This document shows, piece after piece, positions 7,864-17,509 of a stretch of 64,000 nt of DNA (the stretch's first letter is position 1; each line of letters opens with the position of its first letter). The notes under the pieces were generated by a model. That model worked only from the letters and a program-made list of their open reading frames with translations, did not search any database and was not told where the DNA came from. The position numbers were made by a program, and so were the translations under genes. Source of the DNA: Patescibacteria group bacterium (lineage in GTDB: Bacteria > Patescibacteriota > Minisyncoccia > Phycocordibacterales > UBA1550); contig JBBTWP010000005.1 of NCBI GenBank assembly GCA_038062675.1, positions 43,844 to 107,843 of the forward strand, written 5' to 3'.

Positions 7864-9981
7864 TTAAAGATTTTTTCCTGCCTCAATCCCTCGAATAAAC
7901 GACTCCCCTTTCTCTTTGAAAGTCGGATCAATCTCGATCGCTTTGCGTATCTCGGCAAGTGCTTGTGGGCGCCTACCAGTGTTCAAGTACAAGGATGCAA
8001 GATTGAGACGCACATCGATGTTCATCGGGGTTCGCGCAAGATCTTCCTTAAAAACCCTTTCTATCTCATCGTATTTTTTCATCTCAACCAATATTTGTAT
8101 GTAGAACTTTTTAGCATCTACGTACAAAGGTTCGAGTTCGTATGCGGTACGAAACACTTTCTCTGCCTCAGCAAAATCTTTTTTCACATACTGTGCATTT
8201 GCAAGCTCAAAGAGAATCGTTTGTTTTTTTGGCGAAAGCTCTACCGCTTTTTTCAAATACGGAAGTGCGTCATCAATCGCCCCAACACGAGAAAGAAATG
8301 AGCCGGCAAACACTTGGTAGCGAGCATCGTTTGGCAAAAGTTTTGCTTGTGCAACAATCTCCTGTGTCGCAAGTCTCAAAAAATCCTCTTGGTCTTTGGT
8401 AATCGCTTTTGACCTGTCGAGTCCGTTTATCGAGATTTGCGCAAGCTGCTCACGCGTCTCGCTCGTGCCATACGAATTATATGCAATCGCCTCTTTGAAA
8501 AGTGCGATGTTATGCGGGAGTCCACCATTTGATGTTTGATTGCTCATTGCATTAAGAAGTGTGGTGTTTTGAGCGATTCCTTTATAGTTGACCCCGTACA
8601 CCAACACTACTGCGAGCACAACCGCTCCACCCAAGATAAATGGTGCGAACTCGGACAATGATTCTTGCATTCGAGATGCATGCTTTGCGGAGACAACTCC
8701 TTCATGACTCAAGCTTTCAATGTATGCCAAAATGGCAAAGAAAACCATGAGACTGGTGATATTGTCGAAGACAAAAAGGTTTTGAAAAAAGTATCCACCC
8801 AAAAGCCCTGTAAGAACGCTTTTCTCAACGACAGACAGGGTCTTGTTACGACGCCAAATAGCATAAAGCGCAAACCCAAACAACCCAAGGTATGCAAGAA
8901 GTGCTGGGAGTCCGCCTGCAATCAGCCAGTCGAAAAACACATTGTGTGCTCGGTCGAACCACTGCTCTTGGCTATACATTCGCGGATTGTAATATTCATT
9001 GAAAACATAATTAAAGTTTTCCATTCCCCATCCGAGTACCGGATGTTCTTTGAAACCCTCTATTGCCATTCCCCAAATCATGAAGCGAGACTTGGTTGTT
9101 TGCTCGTCGAGAGATATTGAAGCAAAGCGGTTGAGCACCGGACTTTCGCGAACAAATGTCGCGTCGCGAACTGCCATAAATCCTCCAACAAAGAGCGTCA
9201 GCGCAACAAGGATGCCAATAGCGCCACGGCGAAGCAGAGTGCGCTCACGCTCAAAAATCGCGATGAGTAGCGTTGCAAGACCAGCCCCCGCAAGAAAACC
9301 AAGTATCGCACCGCGGGTGGCAGTATGATAGAGCACAAATATTTGGAGCGCCACGAGAAGTCCGTACATTGCAACACGCACTCGTTCCCCTGTGGTGGTA
9401 AAACTTTCGCGCACCATCAAAAACGCAGCAAGAAAAATATTGAAAAGTGCGTATGAACCAAGATATGCCGCATTACCGAGCGTACCATTCACGCGATTGC
9501 CATCCTGAACAATCTCAACCATTCCCGCCCACTGAAGAACCCCATATCCTGCCATAATAGCGCCCGCGACAAGATGCAGATTGAGGTAAGGACGCCAGAG
9601 GCCACGCACTGTGAGCACTGTAGAAGCAACCAAAAAATATGCAGCGAGGTGAAAGTATGTGACTACCCCCTCCATGCGCTCAAAGTTTGACCAAAAACTT
9701 TTAGTTGGATTTTCGCCAAAAATTGCGGCAAGAGTAATGATGCCAATAAAGACAGCGAGCGTAGCGAGCAAATGGCTTTTCTTTGGGCGATATGCCGGAT
9801 CGAGAATCGCTAGCACGAGCCACGCAGAGAACATGACCTCAACCACAATTCGGAACGCAAAGTTTTTCCCAACAATAAAAGGGAAGAAAGTTGAATTCGA
9901 CAAAATAATAAAGGGAATAAACGGGATGACCGCAAACCCCACAAGCACCACCGCATTCGCCAACATTTTTTGGATATTCAT
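7864..9981 (-). CDS. O-antigen ligase (Wzy_C/WaaL-like) polytopic membrane protein fused to C-terminal TPR repeats
   Basis: About 10 TM helices with a large periplasmic loop in the Wzy_C pattern (RGAILGFLAGAGLATLLIAIF...). The C-terminal ~200 aa form TPR-like helical repeats (AEKVFRTAYELEP..., ALAEIRKAIEIDP). The start is uncertain: ATG at 9981 (MNIQKMLANAVVL...) or 10035, and the track start at 10047 is GTG. Confidence 0.75.
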   Translation of the reverse strand: MNIQKMLANAVVLVGFAVIPFIPFIILSNSTFFPFIVGKNFAFRIVVEVMFSAWLVLAILDPAYRPKKSHLLATLAVFIGIITLAAIFGENPTKSFWSNFERMEGVVTYFHLAAYFLVASTVLTVRGLWRPYLNLHLVAGAIMAGYGVLQWAGMVEIVQDGNRVNGTLGNAAYLGSYALFNIFLAAFLMVRESFTTTGERVRVAMYGLLVALQIFVLYHTATRGAILGFLAGAGLATLLIAIFERERTLLRRGAIGILVALTLFVGGFMAVRDATFVRESPVLNRFASISLDEQTTKSRFMIWGMAIEGFKEHPVLGWGMENFNYVFNEYYNPRMYSQEQWFDRAHNVFFDWLIAGGLPALLAYLGLFGFALYAIWRRNKTLSVVEKSVLTGLLGGYFFQNLFVFDNITSLMVFFAILAYIESLSHEGVVSAKHASRMQESLSEFAPFILGGAVVLAVVLVYGVNYKGIAQNTTLLNAMSNQTSNGGLPHNIALFKEAIAYNSYGTSETREQLAQISINGLDRSKAITKDQEDFLRLATQEIVAQAKLLPNDARYQVFAGSFLSRVGAIDDALPYLKKAVELSPKKQTILFELANAQYVKKDFAEAEKVFRTAYELEPLYVDAKKFYIQILVEMKKYDEIERVFKEDLARTPMNIDVRLNLASLYLNTGRRPQALAEIRKAIEIDPTFKEKGESFIRGIEAGKNL

Positions 9982-10102
9982 AATACTGGGAATTATACCG
10001 CGTAGGGAGCGAGGATGCAAACAAAGCGGCAACATTTCTTCGCACACAAGAATACCGACTCATGCTACCCAACAATGCCCGAATAGTGTAGCATATCCAT
10101 AT

Positions 10103-11404
10103 ATGAAAAATCTTATTGAGCGAGCCAAAATCACAGCATACCAGCTTCTCCGCAAAAGCGAGAAATATACCAAAACAGACATGGTCTATCTCACCAAGGG
10201 CGGTTTTTGGCTTGGAGTAGGGCAAATAATTTCCTCGGTAGCAATTTTTTCACTAGCAATCGCTTTTGCGAACCTTATGTCGCAAGAAACTTATGGAACA
10301 TACAAATATGTCTTATCAATAACAGGGCTCCTCACCATACTAACATTAAGGGGGGTGGACTCTGCAGTACTTCAATCAGTTGCCCGCAATTTTGAGGGAG
10401 TACTTATTCCTGCATTAAAGACGAGGATAAGGTGGGGGCTTCTCAGTGCCACCAGCAGTATATGTATTGCAATATATTATTACATCAACGGAAATAATAC
10501 ACTCGCTATATCCTTTTTGATTGCGTCAGGATTTTTACCTTTTATAGATTCATTCGGAATCTATAACGCCCTTTTAAACGGCAAGAAACTATTCCACCTG
10601 TCAGCCACTTATGCGGCAATCAGCCAGATCGGTAGCGCTATTACAATGGCTGGAAGTTTATTTTTTACAAAAAATTTATTCACCATTCTCTTTGTATATT
10701 TTTTATCATGGACATTATTTCGTTTTGTCTTTTTTATGGTCACCATAAAAAAATTCCCGCCGAACAACAAAATTGATCCAGAGACCATCCCCTATGGAAA
10801 GCACTCGAGTCTGATCAACATCTTTGACGCTCTTGTTAGCTCCGTGGATGGATTGATTGTGTTTCACTATCTTGGTTCAGTCAATCTGGCAATATATTCT
10901 TTTGCGCTTGCTCCTGTTGTCCAAATAAGAGGTCTTTTAAACAACATCCCTACTCTTGCCATACCAAAATTATCAGCTCGGTCCTCAATTGAAATTGAAG
11001 TGGTGCTCAGGAAAAGAATCCTTGCATTATTTGCACTAGGGGCTTTCATTTCTCTTGCGTACATTCTTGTTGCGCCATATATTTATCAAATATTTTTCCC
11101 CAAATATATTGACTCTGTATTTTCTTCACAATTATTCTCCCTCGCAATTGCATTATCCCTACCACAAGTGATTTTCGGCTCAACAGTAGGATCTAAGCTT
11201 ACGCTTATCCCAAAAAAAATGCTTTACTTGTGGAATATACCGGGGGTTATATTCATCATTTCTGTCCTAACTCTTATTGGAGCATTCGGCGTGAATGGCG
11301 TTATTTTCAGCAGACTACTTTCAATTACCTCTGGGTTTGTTATCAACTGCATTATCTGGAAAAAAATAAAAAAGATTGAAGCTGAAAGTATGCTGAAAAT
11401 CTAA
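10103..11404 (+). CDS. Wzx-type polysaccharide/oligosaccharide flippase (MOP superfamily)
   Basis: About 12 TM helices with MATE/Wzx-like topology. The start is set at the internal ATG 10103 (MKNLIERAK...), because the track ORF from 9659 overlaps the convergently coded O-antigen-ligase gene. A tataat-like box lies upstream. Confidence 0.75.
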   Translation: MKNLIERAKITAYQLLRKSEKYTKTDMVYLTKGGFWLGVGQIISSVAIFSLAIAFANLMSQETYGTYKYVLSITGLLTILTLRGVDSAVLQSVARNFEGVLIPALKTRIRWGLLSATSSICIAIYYYINGNNTLAISFLIASGFLPFIDSFGIYNALLNGKKLFHLSATYAAISQIGSAITMAGSLFFTKNLFTILFVYFLSWTLFRFVFFMVTIKKFPPNNKIDPETIPYGKHSSLINIFDALVSSVDGLIVFHYLGSVNLAIYSFALAPVVQIRGLLNNIPTLAIPKLSARSSIEIEVVLRKRILALFALGAFISLAYILVAPYIYQIFFPKYIDSVFSSQLFSLAIALSLPQVIFGSTVGSKLTLIPKKMLYLWNIPGVIFIISVLTLIGAFGVNGVIFSRLLSITSGFVINCIIWKKIKKIEAESMLKI

Positions 11405-11439
11405 ATTAGGAGAGATTTTCCACCTCGATATACTTATCA

Positions 11440-12258
11440 TTATTTCTTTAGTATATCTCGCTTCCAGCACTGCACCCCTTCAGATGGTTTAAGACCAGCA
11501 AACAATTCAACAAGAAACGCATCAAGTGACCGCATGAAAGCGTATTTAAACCCAAGAGCGCCATCTTTATAAAGCTTACGAGTAAAATAAATTTTCTTAA
11601 AACGAAAGGAGAAATACCATACACCGCGGACAAAGTGCCCAAAAAAAGACTTCGTCTTTGGGACACGGTCAATTTGAAGCTCCAACTGAAAGAAAATTCG
11701 CTGTGGCCGCATCACATAGTGGTTCCATCGTTGCTCGTGAGAAATAATTCCTGAAAAACTTTTTGTTGAAACTTGATGTGCGAGCTGCTCGTGTACCCTC
11801 GATAACTCATCAAGTCCATATTGTATGCCTGAGTCACGTTTTATGATACGCTCGGGATAATCGACGAGGTGCGGAAGCAATTCATCTTTTCGGGCAACAC
11901 TCGCCACAGTCGGACTCTCGACCAAAATGAAATCGTGCACCGTTTGCTTAAACTCATCTGTTAATCGCTCATCCGCATCAAGAACAATGACGTAATCTTT
12001 CGTCGCATTGTCTATGGAAAAATTCTTTGCAACACCGTAATGGAATCCTCCTGCAGACACATATTTAAGGAAGCGTATGTTTACTGATTTGTGTGCAGAA
12101 ATAAAATTCTCGATACACACAACAGTGTCATCTGTTGAACCAGTGTCAACAATAACAATTTCATCCGCGAACCCATCAAGCGAGGTAAGGAAATCCTCGA
12201 TGCGCTCGCGCTCGTTCTTAACAATCGTGCAAACTGAAATAGTTGGATTCTGTTTCAT
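11440..12258 (-). CDS. GT2 family glycosyltransferase
   Basis: The N-terminus has the GT-A fold signature ISVCTIVKNERERIEDFLTSL...IVIVDTGSTDDT and a DxD motif (VLDADE). Confidence 0.88.
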   Translation of the reverse strand: MKQNPTISVCTIVKNERERIEDFLTSLDGFADEIVIVDTGSTDDTVVCIENFISAHKSVNIRFLKYVSAGGFHYGVAKNFSIDNATKDYVIVLDADERLTDEFKQTVHDFILVESPTVASVARKDELLPHLVDYPERIIKRDSGIQYGLDELSRVHEQLAHQVSTKSFSGIISHEQRWNHYVMRPQRIFFQLELQIDRVPKTKSFFGHFVRGVWYFSFRFKKIYFTRKLYKDGALGFKYAFMRSLDAFLVELFAGLKPSEGVQCWKRDILKK

Positions 12259-12263
12259 AGTAA

Positions 12264-13364
12264 TTACTGCTTGAGAATCCTAGACCTTGCTTTCTCGTTT
12301 TTAGTTTTCAAAATCAGTTGGATTATTTTTTCATGCACATACTGTGCAATTTTTTTATGACTGAAATTATCTCTCACCATTCGTGTTCCCTCTTGCTGTA
12401 TACTCTTCAGCTTGTCAGGATTATTTAAGTAATAAGTGACCTTTTTTTTGAAATCATCAACATCAAACTCCCTATGTTTAATACAGTTAACGCCGTCGAT
12501 AAAACCGAGGTCTGAAAAACATTGATGATCCGAGCAAACCAAAACAGAACCACTTGCAGGACCTTCAAATGTTTTACCTGAAGGGAAATATTGCAAACTT
12601 TCGCAATTAACAAACATCTTATAGTCGTTGAGTATTTTAACGATATCGTATTTAAAGTTTTTTGTCTCTGGGTAATCGGGCAACCTGCTGTCCATTATAT
12701 CTTCTAAATTTCTTTCATTTTCCTTGAGCATCCGCCTGAATTTATGCATGAATTTTTCTCCTCGGCTCAAAAAAAAATTATTTGTCTCCTTGAGCTCATC
12801 TATGTTATGAACAGGGTCATCAAACGAATTAACCGAACCAAGCGCAACACACTTGTTTTTTCTCTCTTCAAAAAGTTTAACGTCCTTAAATCTTTCACCA
12901 AAACCAAACGGTACTGGAATAACCCTCCCTATAAAAGATGGGTACTTCTCTTTAAAAAAGTTGCAATATTTACCATGATCATTGTATCCAAACACATAAT
13001 CAACCCCATTTGCTTTTAAAATTTCATGACTCAGCGAAGGATAAAAAGTATAGTCCATGAGGTGATTCACTTTTAGTTTCCTAAATCCCTTTATTGGCCA
13101 ATTTTCTTCAAGATACGAATTACCGTTAAAACAGACGAGTGCGTCTGCCAGGATGTTTAATTTATTTTGAGAAAAAACAACCTTAAAAGAAAGCGGGTTT
13201 AATTTGTATTTATAAAAAAACTTCGGTAAATATCTTACATACTTTACATTCGAGACGAAGATGATGGGCTTGTACATCTTTATAAAATCTAGAGTCCATC
13301 CGTTAACATTCGTCAAGTCACAGAACATCGGATTTTGTATAGCAATTTTTATTTTGTGCTCCAT
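12264..13364 (-). CDS. putative glycosyltransferase (GT1/GT4-like C-terminal motif), low-GC
   Basis: The C-terminal FEGPASGSVLVCSD resembles the E-x-FG...EA-x-A-x-G-x-PV motif of GT-B enzymes. The N-terminal region is unrecognised and the gene lies in a ~33% GC block. Confidence 0.5.
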   Translation of the reverse strand: MEHKIKIAIQNPMFCDLTNVNGWTLDFIKMYKPIIFVSNVKYVRYLPKFFYKYKLNPLSFKVVFSQNKLNILADALVCFNGNSYLEENWPIKGFRKLKVNHLMDYTFYPSLSHEILKANGVDYVFGYNDHGKYCNFFKEKYPSFIGRVIPVPFGFGERFKDVKLFEERKNKCVALGSVNSFDDPVHNIDELKETNNFFLSRGEKFMHKFRRMLKENERNLEDIMDSRLPDYPETKNFKYDIVKILNDYKMFVNCESLQYFPSGKTFEGPASGSVLVCSDHQCFSDLGFIDGVNCIKHREFDVDDFKKKVTYYLNNPDKLKSIQQEGTRMVRDNFSHKKIAQYVHEKIIQLILKTKNEKARSRILKQ

Positions 13365-13396
13365 AATGATCCTTGTTTATATATGTACCTTATTTT

Positions 13397-14305
13397 TTAT
13401 TTAACCATTATAAACATTTCGTGATTTAATGGTTTTGAAATTTTCATCAATTCCACGAAACCTAAGTAGCAGTACGGAACTACCTTGCCAAAAGAACCTA
13501 TTTTTTTTATCAGAGAAAATTCGTTATTTAATTGGTAATCAATATAGTTAACCCTTGGTTCGATTTGAACATCTTCAGCCGTAACACTATTGCTCATGCC
13601 AAGTTTATATTTAATATATTTTTTTGTTTTCATATAAACATTTAGCAGGTAACTAAGTGCTTTTACTCTTAAAGCTACGCTTATGATTATGCCTTTAAAT
13701 AAATTTTTGATCCTTGTTTGTAAAGGTGTGTATATTGACCCAGAATAACCAAATAAATATTGGAAATCATTATCTATCCTTTCAATAAAAGTAAACCGCC
13801 TAGTAGTCGTTGGTTCATGCAAACCAACGTAAACACCGCCTGGTTTCAACATTGATTTTATTAACTGAACTCCCCCCTCGATGTCAACCAAATGGTGAAG
13901 AAATGATGCACTAAAAATTATGTCAAATTCGTTTTTATGTTTATCAGCAAAAAACTCCAGGGCTGCAACTTCATAAACAGCCTTTCTGTCTTTTGTTTTC
14001 AAACGAGCAACATTGATCATTTTGGGGCTCAAATCTATCCCGTAAAATTTTGAAGCGCCATTTAATAACACTAAGTCTGTGAAAGTTCCAGTTCCACATC
14101 CGACCTCAAGCACAGAAGCATCCTTAAAATCTTTACCTTTGTTATTGCACGCATCCTTTAATAACCGCCAGTAGTACGCGCGAGTGCTGGACCTATGTAT
14201 ATAGGGAACATTCCTGTCATGCATCTCTGCATGGAAATCGTGCGCTTTTGCATTTGCCTCATGAACCATAGCCACCACCTCATCGTCACTAAATTGTTTT
14301 TTCAT
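13397..14305 (-). CDS. class I SAM-dependent methyltransferase
   Basis: Motif I is VLEVGCGTGTFT. Motif post-I is GIDLS... Confidence 0.82.
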   Translation of the reverse strand: MKKQFSDDEVVAMVHEANAKAHDFHAEMHDRNVPYIHRSSTRAYYWRLLKDACNNKGKDFKDASVLEVGCGTGTFTDLVLLNGASKFYGIDLSPKMINVARLKTKDRKAVYEVAALEFFADKHKNEFDIIFSASFLHHLVDIEGGVQLIKSMLKPGGVYVGLHEPTTTRRFTFIERIDNDFQYLFGYSGSIYTPLQTRIKNLFKGIIISVALRVKALSYLLNVYMKTKKYIKYKLGMSNSVTAEDVQIEPRVNYIDYQLNNEFSLIKKIGSFGKVVPYCYLGFVELMKISKPLNHEMFIMVK

Positions 14306-14315
14306 GTTTTATAAA

Positions 14316-15134
14316 TTATTCTTTATCAATCAACAGAGATTCTGAAGCTAAGGTCATTTTTAATTTATCCGGATATGCAGTACATATACCATAAATTCCC
14401 CATTTATTCAAATCTCTCCAAACATTTTCATACCCATTTTCTGATTGCGGGTGACCATGTTCTCTGTGTAACTCTGGAGAAATAGCATAAATTTTTTTGC
14501 CGGTTTCGTGCACTTCATTAATTAATGCCTTATTCAAAACACTTCCTTGTATTTTCCACTCATCAAGCCAAATATAGTTAAAATTATCAAGATTAGAGAC
14601 TATTTCCTCCCATCGATAGACCGTAGGACTATAATTGCTCTCTCCAACAGACAGAGCTATGGGGATTTTGTCGTTTATTTTTTTAAGTTTTTTTGCATTT
14701 ACCAGAGTCAGGTCAAAAATAAGTGCTTTTTGGTACAAATCATAATTTCTGAAAACTTGAGCCATTGATTGTAGCATTTCTTCTGTCTGTTCTTCGTATT
14801 TTAAATGAATAGCAGCTTTTTGACCAACAGGTAAATCACTTGTTATAAGTTCACAAACTTCATCAATTGTTGGTATTCTGGCCCCCGCAAACTGCAGATT
14901 AAGGTGCCTACCAACATCTAGCCTGCGTAATTCTGCCAAAGACACCGAGGAGACATCCATGTGTTTCTCCGTAAATTTCCACAGATCACTATCATGGACG
15001 ACAACGACCTTTTTATCCATTGTCATCCTCACGTCAAACTCAATACCAAAACCACCCAAAAACGCTTTTTTGAACGCCGGTATCGTGTTCTCTGGCATTT
15101 CGTTCTTCATTCCGCGGTGAGCAAAAATAATCAT
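14316..15134 (-). CDS. glycerophosphodiester phosphodiesterase (GDPD) family protein
   Basis: IIFAHRGMKNEMPENTIPAF...GIEFDVRMTMDKKVVVVHDSDL gives the canonical GDPD catalytic motifs HRG, PENT and E-D...HD. Confidence 0.85.
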   Translation of the reverse strand: MIIFAHRGMKNEMPENTIPAFKKAFLGGFGIEFDVRMTMDKKVVVVHDSDLWKFTEKHMDVSSVSLAELRRLDVGRHLNLQFAGARIPTIDEVCELITSDLPVGQKAAIHLKYEEQTEEMLQSMAQVFRNYDLYQKALIFDLTLVNAKKLKKINDKIPIALSVGESNYSPTVYRWEEIVSNLDNFNYIWLDEWKIQGSVLNKALINEVHETGKKIYAISPELHREHGHPQSENGYENVWRDLNKWGIYGICTAYPDKLKMTLASESLLIDKE

Positions 15135-15154
15135 AAATAAAGACTTATTTTAAT

Positions 15155-16084
15155 CTACCGAACCCTACGCCACACACTACTAAATGACATTTTTATTTTA
15201 TACAAAAAAATGTCTACTGAATCTAAGAATGATGTATGGAAAATAATGATTTTTGCACTATCTTTATTTAAATAGCTTGTCAATGCCTTTTCTTCCAAAT
15301 CTGAGAGGTGTTTCTTTAATCTTGCTAGCGCAAAATATCTTGCGTGTATTTCCTCAATTTTAGCAAATAAACTAGCTTTATATTTTTGTAAATGCTTCCT
15401 TTGTAGCAAAGAAAAATTGCCGATATTTTCATCAATACACAAAGCATCATTGTTGGAAGCTAAATTAATATAAAACATATAGTCAGAAGTAAAATCAAAA
15501 CTCTCGTTAAAACGAATACCGCTTACTGCGTTTTTCGAAAACATACATGAAAGCGGGGCACCAACCCAATTTCCATTTTTTACAAAAAGCATCAGCCCGT
15601 CCCTTGGAGTTAAATATTTTTCCTCACTAAAAGTCTGAACTTTTTTTACTAAATCTTTTTCAGTAGCACGATATCCAGCAACAACAATCCCGAGCTTATC
15701 ATCGTACTTATTGAAACCATTCAGTAATATCTCAAGACCGGCTTTTTGTAGTGTATCGCCGGTAAACAAAAATTTTAAGTAATCAAAGTCACTCAATAAA
15801 AACAATTCGATGCATTTATTCCAGTTTTGAATCCGTCCAAGGTTTAAAGGATTAGCAACAAATTCTATTTTTTCAGAATTATCATTGACGCGACGCATGT
15901 TTTCAACAATACCAGCAGTCCTGTCAGTTGAACAATTATCAACGACCAAAATTTTATAGTTTTTTATTGATTGATTAAGGACGCTCTGAATGGTTACCAC
16001 AATAGACTCTTCTGCGTTATAAGAAGGGACGCACACAAGTATTTTATCTCGTTTCCTCGCATTTTTATTACTAGAAATATGCAT
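15155..16084 (-). CDS. GT2 family glycosyltransferase
   Basis: ILVCVPSYNAEESIVVTIQSVLNQ...ILVVDNCSTDRT is a GT-A signature with a DxD-like motif. Confidence 0.85.
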   Translation of the reverse strand: MHISSNKNARKRDKILVCVPSYNAEESIVVTIQSVLNQSIKNYKILVVDNCSTDRTAGIVENMRRVNDNSEKIEFVANPLNLGRIQNWNKCIELFLLSDFDYLKFLFTGDTLQKAGLEILLNGFNKYDDKLGIVVAGYRATEKDLVKKVQTFSEEKYLTPRDGLMLFVKNGNWVGAPLSCMFSKNAVSGIRFNESFDFTSDYMFYINLASNNDALCIDENIGNFSLLQRKHLQKYKASLFAKIEEIHARYFALARLKKHLSDLEEKALTSYLNKDSAKIIIFHTSFLDSVDIFLYKIKMSFSSVWRRVR

Positions 16085-16830
16085 TATATCTTTATTTTTC
16101 CTTCCTCTATTTTCTTCAGAAATGCGTCTAGATCTTCTGGAGTTCCGAGTCCATGCATTTTCCCTGCATCAATATTATAAATATAAATTTTATCTCCCTT
16201 AAGAATGAGCTCATTGTACACGGGGCAAACGTAGAATTCATTGTTATGGCGAATATCTTTATGGATCATCGACTGCGCTCCTTCTACAAAATCGCTACCT
16301 TTTTTGTAATAATAGATGCCCACAGTTGCTTTATCAGAAATCACTTTCTTTTCTGCAACTTCGAGCACCTTCCCTGAGTCATCAACACGAGAATAACTCC
16401 ACTTTGGGTGACTTGCTTTAAATGTCATCATAAGCCCATCCTTGTTATTCACCCTTGATTCTTTAATAAAATCATTAATATCAAATTCGATGAATTGGTC
16501 CGAGTTGGCGACAATTAATTCATCATCGTTATTGATATATTGCGCAGCCGTTAAAACAGTGCAAGCGGCTCCTTGCGTGATACCATTCAACAGGACAACT
16601 TCAAAGTTATTACCGGTCGCGTTCTTTAGGACATTATGAAGATCGTATTTTTCATAATGTCCTCTTTGGCAAATGAGAATAAACTTATGCTCACATTTAG
16701 GTTTTAGATTTCTAATAACGACTTCAATCATCGTTTCTCCATTAATATCAATAAGTGGCTTAGGAAATGCGTAGCCAGCATCTTGGAAACGAGAGCCTCT
16801 TCCGGCCATAGGGATGACAATATTAAGCAT
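16084..16830 (-). CDS. sugar-phosphate / phospho-alcohol nucleotidyltransferase (LicC/CTP-transferase-like)
   Basis: IVIPMAGRGSRF is the G-x-G-x-R NTP-transferase P-loop. Size and neighbours (GDPD, HAD, methyltransferases) resemble LicC-type CTP:phosphocholine or CDP-alcohol forming enzymes. Confidence 0.78.
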   Translation of the reverse strand: MLNIVIPMAGRGSRFQDAGYAFPKPLIDINGETMIEVVIRNLKPKCEHKFILICQRGHYEKYDLHNVLKNATGNNFEVVLLNGITQGAACTVLTAAQYINNDDELIVANSDQFIEFDINDFIKESRVNNKDGLMMTFKASHPKWSYSRVDDSGKVLEVAEKKVISDKATVGIYYYKKGSDFVEGAQSMIHKDIRHNNEFYVCPVYNELILKGDKIYIYNIDAGKMHGLGTPEDLDAFLKKIEEGKIKI

Positions 16831-16842
16831 AGAATAATTTAT

Positions 16843-17475
16843 TTATTTTAATAAAACGTTTTCAAACAAGGACAGGGTCACATCATCGACATCTCGGACT
16901 TCATATACGGTTGCACCACTTGCTTTCCCTGATGCAATACCATGAGGAGAGTCTTCGACAATAATGCACTCCTCAGGAGAGACGTGGAGCTTTCCAAACG
17001 CCACCTGATATATTTCAGGGCTTGGCTTCGGGTTTGCCACCTCATCGTTCCCAATGATTATATCAAAAAAATCGAATAACTGGGCAGATTTTAACATCAA
17101 ATGAAGTGTTTCTTTCGTTGAGTTTGAACAACACCCCAGCTTAAAGCCCTGCTCTTTGAGGTGGCGTAAGAGAATAATCTTTGAGTAGTCTGGTGCGCAA
17201 TATTGGGGAATAATTTCTTTTGTGTATTTTTGCTTTATGCCGTTAATGAACTCTCTTAAACCAATTGGTAAGCGTTTCTGCTGCTCAAGCGTTTCCAGCT
17301 TTTTTCTTGTAGGCAGACCATTAAAATGACCATAATGTTCTTCTTCGTTTATGTGTACACCAAAAAGCCCCAGGGCTTTATTGAGCGCTTCATAGTGCCC
17401 GACGGGCATATTTACCAGTACGCCGTCCAAATCAAATAGGACCGCCTTAATTTCTCCAAGGTTAACATTATTCAT
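16843..17475 (-). CDS. HAD-superfamily hydrolase (beta-phosphoglucomutase-like subfamily IA)
   Basis: Motif I is AVLFDLDGVLVN and the C-terminus has ...IIVEDSPHGIASGKASGA. The start is set at ATG 17475 (MNNVNLGEIK...), which removes the overlap with the upstream methyltransferase gene. Confidence 0.8.
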   Translation of the reverse strand: MNNVNLGEIKAVLFDLDGVLVNMPVGHYEALNKALGLFGVHINEEEHYGHFNGLPTRKKLETLEQQKRLPIGLREFINGIKQKYTKEIIPQYCAPDYSKIILLRHLKEQGFKLGCCSNSTKETLHLMLKSAQLFDFFDIIIGNDEVANPKPSPEIYQVAFGKLHVSPEECIIVEDSPHGIASGKASGATVYEVRDVDDVTLSLFENVLLK

Positions 17476-17509
17476 AAGATTGCACAGTAATAGATTACCA
17501 AAATACTGA

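Noticed and set aside
9659-10102. N-terminal 148-codon extension of the flippase ORF
   Set aside because: It overlaps the convergent O-antigen-ligase gene by ~390 nt and its translation has no TM helices. An internal ATG at 10103, with a tataat-like box upstream, gives a typical 12-TM Wzx protein.
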